The position numbers and the translations under genes were made by a program. DNA of 64,000 nucleotides from Candidatus Latescibacterota bacterium (GTDB lineage: Bacteria > Latescibacterota > UBA2968 > UBA8231): assembly GCA_965217585.1 (NCBI GenBank), contig OZ244561.1:5056001-5120000 (forward strand). The letters run 5' to 3'. Below, in pieces: positions 60,169 through 64,000 of this stretch (the stretch's first letter is position 1; each line of letters opens with the position of its first letter). Under the pieces are notes generated by a model. It saw nothing but the letters and a program-made list of their open reading frames with translations. It was not told the origin of the DNA and made no database searches.

Positions 60169-61783
60169 TGTCTTCCTCGATTCCCTTATCAAATCCTAGC
60201 TTCTTGAGATTAGCCGCAATAGCCGCGTCCAGCCGAACGGCCTCGGCCTGCTGCTCCCGCCACTGCGCCGTGAGCCGCTGCATCTTCTCCGCAAAAGGCT
60301 CGCCATCGTCCTCCTGTACCTCGGCACCAACATAGCGCCCCGGCGTGAGGACGTAGCCATGCTTGCTAACCTCTTCCAACGACGCACTCTTGCAAAAGCC
60401 GGGAACGTCTTCGTAGTCGCCCGCTCCCTCCTCGCCTCTCCAAGCCTGATACGCACTGGCGATGCGGGTGATGTCCTCTTGGGCAAAATCGCGGTGGGTG
60501 CGATCCACCATCCAACCCAGCTTCCTCGCGTCGATAAATAGAATCTCGCCCCGACGGTCGCGGTATTTGCCATTGCGCCGGTTGCGAGACAGGAACCAGA
60601 GACAGGCTGGTATCTGAGTCGAGTAGAAAAGCTGGCCGGGCAGCGCGACCATGCAGTCCACCAAATCGGCTTCTATCAGATTCTTTCGGATGTCGCCCTC
60701 TCTCGACTGGTTAGACGACATAGAGCCATTGGCCAACACAAAGCCCGCCGCACCCGTGGGCGCGAGGTGGTGGACGATGTGCTGCACCCAAGCGAAGTTG
60801 GCATTGCCCTTCGGCGGTGCCCCGTACTGCCAGTGCTGGTCGTCTTGCAGCCGCTCGCCGCCCCAATCGGAGATGTTGAACGGCGGATTGGCGAGGACGA
60901 AGTCGGCCTTCAAGTCGGGGTGGCGGTCGTTGTGAAAGCTGTCGCCGTGGGCGATTTGGCCCTCAATGCCCCGGATCGCCAAGTTCATCTTGGCCAGCCG
61001 CCACGTAGTGTAGTTGGACTCCTGACCGTAGATGGAGATGCCAGAGCGGCCTCGGCCCCCGTTGCCGTTACCCGAGGCGTGGGCTTCGATGAATTCCACC
61101 GACTGGACGAACATGCCCGAGGAGCCGCAGCAGGGATCATAGACCCGGCCTTGGTACGGCTCCAGCATCTCGACTAGGAGCTTGACTACGCTGCGCGGGG
61201 TGTAAAACTCGCCACCTCGCTTGCCTTCGGCGCTGGCAAACTGCGAAAGGAAGTACTCATACACGCGGCCCAGCACATCCTTGGAGCGAGCCTCGGCGTC
61301 GCCGACGGTGATATTGCTCACAAGGTCTATGAGCTGTCCAAGCCGCTGCTTGTCCAAGATGGGCCGGGCGTAGTCCTTGGGCAGCACATCCTTGAGGGCG
61401 AGGTTGTCGCGCTCGATACCGGCCATAGCCTCGTCCACGACTTGGCCGATGGTGGGCTGCCGCGCCTGCTCCTTGAGACGGGACCAGCGGGCCTCAACAG
61501 GCACCCAGAAAATGTTCTCGGCGCGGTACTCGTCCGGGTCCTCGGGATCGGCCCCTTGGCTGCTCTCCGCCTCCAGCCGGGCATATGCTTCCTCGAAAGC
61601 ATCGGATATGTACTTGAGGAAGATAAGGCCGAGGACGACGTGCTTGTACTCGGCAGCGTCCATGCTGCCCCGGAGGGCATCTGCCATCTGCCATAGCTCA
61701 GCCTCGTAGCCGGTGGTGGCCCCATTGCCGGTCTGCTCACTCTCTTTGTTGGTAGGTGTCCGTCTCTGTCGCGTTGTCGTCAT
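60152..61783 (-). CDS. hsdM: Type I R-M methyltransferase subunit M
   Basis: [29 protein letters not shown]. Confidence 0.95.
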   Translation of the reverse strand: MTTTRQRRTPTNKESEQTGNGATTGYEAELWQMADALRGSMDAAEYKHVVLGLIFLKYISDAFEEAYARLEAESSQGADPEDPDEYRAENIFWVPVEARWSRLKEQARQPTIGQVVDEAMAGIERDNLALKDVLPKDYARPILDKQRLGQLIDLVSNITVGDAEARSKDVLGRVYEYFLSQFASAEGKRGGEFYTPRSVVKLLVEMLEPYQGRVYDPCCGSSGMFVQSVEFIEAHASGNGNGGRGRSGISIYGQESNYTTWRLAKMNLAIRGIEGQIAHGDSFHNDRHPDLKADFVLANPPFNISDWGGERLQDDQHWQYGAPPKGNANFAWVQHIVHHLAPTGAAGFVLANGSMSSNQSREGDIRKNLIEADLVDCMVALPGQLFYSTQIPACLWFLSRNRRNGKYRDRRGEILFIDARKLGWMVDRTHRDFAQEDITRIASAYQAWRGEEGAGDYEDVPGFCKSASLEEVSKHGYVLTPGRYVGAEVQEDDGEPFAEKMQRLTAQWREQQAEAVRLDAAIAANLKKLGFDKGIEEDNDSTN

Positions 61784-61795
61784 TGTATTCCACTT

Positions 61796-62209
61796 CTAAG
61801 CGGGCCATCGCGCGGTGCCGATGGCGTAATACTTGTGTACGAAAGGTGGTTTAGTGCGCGAAGCGTTCCACAGGCGCAGGGAGCCGTCGGCTAGGCGCAA
61901 GAGCGAATGGCTAGTGGTAAAGTGCGATTCCCATGGCCGCGAAGGGTCGGGGCCGAAGATCGGATTGTGAGGGCTTTTAGTCCAGTTGAGGCCGTCTTCG
62001 CTGACGGCAAATCCGATGGAGGTTTTCATGACCTCGGGTGGATAGCTGCTATAGCCGCTGTACCACATGTAATAGCGCTCGTTTTCCAAAGCGACACAGG
62101 GAGCAAAAAGGTGGGTGTCGTCAAATTGACCGGCTGCGCCCAAGGACAGACAGGGTGCATCAACGTCTCGCTCCCAAGGTTGTGGATCCAGCCATTGGTT
62201 TTTGTCCAT
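61796..62209 (-). CDS. Short five-bladed beta-propeller glycosidase-like protein, probably internally deleted
   Basis: FDD.HLFAP.V, YYMWYSG, IGFAVSEDGLNWTK.P.NPI; only about 2 blades present. Confidence 0.55.
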   Translation of the reverse strand: MDKNQWLDPQPWERDVDAPCLSLGAAGQFDDTHLFAPCVALENERYYMWYSGYSSYPPEVMKTSIGFAVSEDGLNWTKSPHNPIFGPDPSRPWESHFTTSHSLLRLADGSLRLWNASRTKPPFVHKYYAIGTARWPA

Positions 62210-62283
62210 GATCTATTTTCGCCATTTGAAGGTGATGGCAGGGCTTGATACATTTTTCGTTCCGCTGCCATGTCAGCACGGCC

Positions 62284-63372
62284 TTATTTGGCCAACCCCC
62301 GCTCGACCTTCCGCTCAAACTCGCGCATCTCATCCGCTCCGTCTAACACGCCGATTTCCATGTTGAACTCGCGCACCTCGCCCGGTTCGATGTACTGCAA
62401 AGTCCCGTGCTTGCGGTTCCAAGCGCGGCCCAGCACCGAGCAGTTGCCCGGCTCAATGCCGGTGACGTAGGTGCCCTTGTGGAAGTGCTGCCAGTGGTTG
62501 ACGATAGGGATCTCGCTGTGCTTGAACTGCCAATACAATCCTAAGCCCAGCTTTTCGTTGAGCAGGCCGATGTGGACGCGTCCTTGGCGATCGGTGCGGG
62601 GCCGATGCACGTACACATCGTCGTGGGCGCGCGGTTGCGGCCCTTTGGCCACGGTGTAGTCCTCGGGGCCGACGGGGCGGTCCGCGGTCCACTCGGTGCT
62701 CTGGCGGCTGTGGAGGACGAGGCGGGTCCCTTCGTCGAGGAGGGGGAAGCCGGGGTTGCAGTGATAGACGAACATGAGCGGCGAGCGGTCGGCAGCGAGG
62801 TTTTCGATGCGGTCGCGGATGTGGATGTTGCGCTCACCGAGTACGGTCGAAATCTCGCGCGACAGCTCTAAATTTTCGGCAAAGACCTCGGCCTGGCGCA
62901 TCTGGCCGCGGATGCGCACGACGTAATCCGCGCCCTCCCAACTCGCCTCAATGCCGACGTTTTTCGCCGGGATGTACGAGAGGCGGCCGTGCAGGGGCAT
63001 TTCGGCGTTTTCTTCTTCGGGATCGACTTCTGGGTGGCCGACAAAGTCGAGTCCGCAAGAGGTTACTAGCCCGCCGAACCAGCCGCGCCCCCATTTGAAG
63101 CCCTCTGGCTCGTAGAAGGCCGGTCCAACATCTCCGGGGCCGGAGCGGAAGCACAGCGACTGGCCCTTGTAATGGGCCGAGGCAATGTCGAGGGCGCGGC
63201 CGGGCAAGACGGAAAACCCCAAGCCCGAAGCGTTGAACACGTCGATGAGGTCGGCACCGCGCTCGAAGCCTTCGCGGCGCTCGGCGCGGCGGGCGTACAT
63301 GAGTTGGCTGATGTCGCCGACGCGGTTGAGAAGCTGGCGGCGGGTGAAGTTGCGACCAAAGAGCTTGGGCAT
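62284..63372 (-). CDS. Aldose 1-epimerase-like protein (DUF4432)
   Basis: SGLGFSVLPGRALDI, GGLVTSCGL, PLHGR, YHCNPGFPLL, YVTGIEPGN. Confidence 0.85.
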   Translation of the reverse strand: MPKLFGRNFTRRQLLNRVGDISQLMYARRAERREGFERGADLIDVFNASGLGFSVLPGRALDIASAHYKGQSLCFRSGPGDVGPAFYEPEGFKWGRGWFGGLVTSCGLDFVGHPEVDPEEENAEMPLHGRLSYIPAKNVGIEASWEGADYVVRIRGQMRQAEVFAENLELSREISTVLGERNIHIRDRIENLAADRSPLMFVYHCNPGFPLLDEGTRLVLHSRQSTEWTADRPVGPEDYTVAKGPQPRAHDDVYVHRPRTDRQGRVHIGLLNEKLGLGLYWQFKHSEIPIVNHWQHFHKGTYVTGIEPGNCSVLGRAWNRKHGTLQYIEPGEVREFNMEIGVLDGADEMREFERKVERGLAK

Positions 63373-63496
63373 GAGGAACCTCCTATAGTAAATGCTGAGA
63401 TGCGGTTTAGGAAAAAAGGGTTAGGTTTTGCATGGTAAAACAATACATATAGGTTTTTCTTGCCAACCCGAACCCATTGAGAGGAGTGCAGCAGGC

Positions 63497-64000
63497 ATGG
63501 CTTTTTCAACGGCAGTGCAGCTTGAAGACGTGTGGAAGCGCTTCGGCGCGGTCGAGGCCGTGCGCGGGGTGTCGCTGCGCGTGCCCGCTGGGTGTATCTA
63601 CGGGCTGTTGGGTCCCAACGGCGCAGGTAAGACGACCCTGATCCGCATGATTATGAGCATCTTCTTCGCCGACTCCGGGCGCATCGGTCTGCTGGATGGG
63701 CAAAAGGCCCTCGCGGTCAAAGACCAGCTTGGCTATCTGCCCGAGGAAAAGGGCCTATACAAGAAGATGAAGGTCGCCGAGCAGATGACCTATTTCGCGC
63801 GGCTCAAGGGAGTTGCCACCGATGTGGCGCAGCAACGGGCCGCCGAGTTGTTGCAGCGCTATGGTCTGGGGGACTATCAGGATCGGCGCTGCGAGGTGCT
63901 TTCCAAGGGCATGGAACAAAAGGTGCAATTGCTCTCGGCGCTGATCCACGAGCCCGAGTTGGTCATTCTCGACGAGCCTTTTTCCGGGCTGGACCCGGTC
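63497..64000 (+). CDS. ABC transporter ATP-binding protein, runs off window edge
   Basis: GLLGPNGAGKTT, GYLPEE, LSKGM, ILDEPFSGLDP. Confidence 0.9.
   Translation, partial: MAFSTAVQLEDVWKRFGAVEAVRGVSLRVPAGCIYGLLGPNGAGKTTLIRMIMSIFFADSGRIGLLDGQKALAVKDQLGYLPEEKGLYKKMKVAEQMTYFARLKGVATDVAQQRAAELLQRYGLGDYQDRRCEVLSKGMEQKVQLLSALIHEPELVILDEPFSGLDPV

Overview
Bacterial window, about 60-66% GC by eye. Gene content suggests an FCB-group candidate lineage such as Ca. Latescibacterota; this is inference from the FlgD-Ig/CHU_C proteins, the C-terminal 'SWGxIK' motif and a DUF6785-like permease. Five blocks are visible. (1) 1-4.5 kb: sugar-metabolism genes and an AAA/PD-(D/E)XK gene. (2) 4.5-20 kb: a co-oriented envelope phospho-signalling locus. 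Its core encodes a dead and an active trypsin-TM-FHA protein, an ExbD/MotB-like anchored vWA protein, a MotA/TolQ/ExbB channel, two FHA proteins and a PP2C phosphatase. The core is flanked on each side by a pair of near-identical Ser/Thr kinases with swapped C-terminal modules; one kinase is broken by a 259-bp duplication and an IS5 element. This is the best candidate for an undescribed system. (3) 20-28.5 kb: a duplication-flanked small cassette, tRNA-Thr, a low-GC three-gene module resembling a toxin system, and a frameshifted ISAs1. (4) 28.5-52.5 kb: a high-GC minus-strand cell-surface or uptake locus with a DUF6785-like permease, a PPIase lipoprotein, two ~950-aa putative outer-membrane paralogs, three FlgD-Ig proteins, a CBM9-like protein, and TPR and CRTAC1/ASPIC proteins. 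(5) 53-64 kb: a type I R-M operon carrying TA, HEPN and DUF1828/1829 cargo, then sugar and ABC genes. Family assignments come from motif recognition only; no database searches were run.
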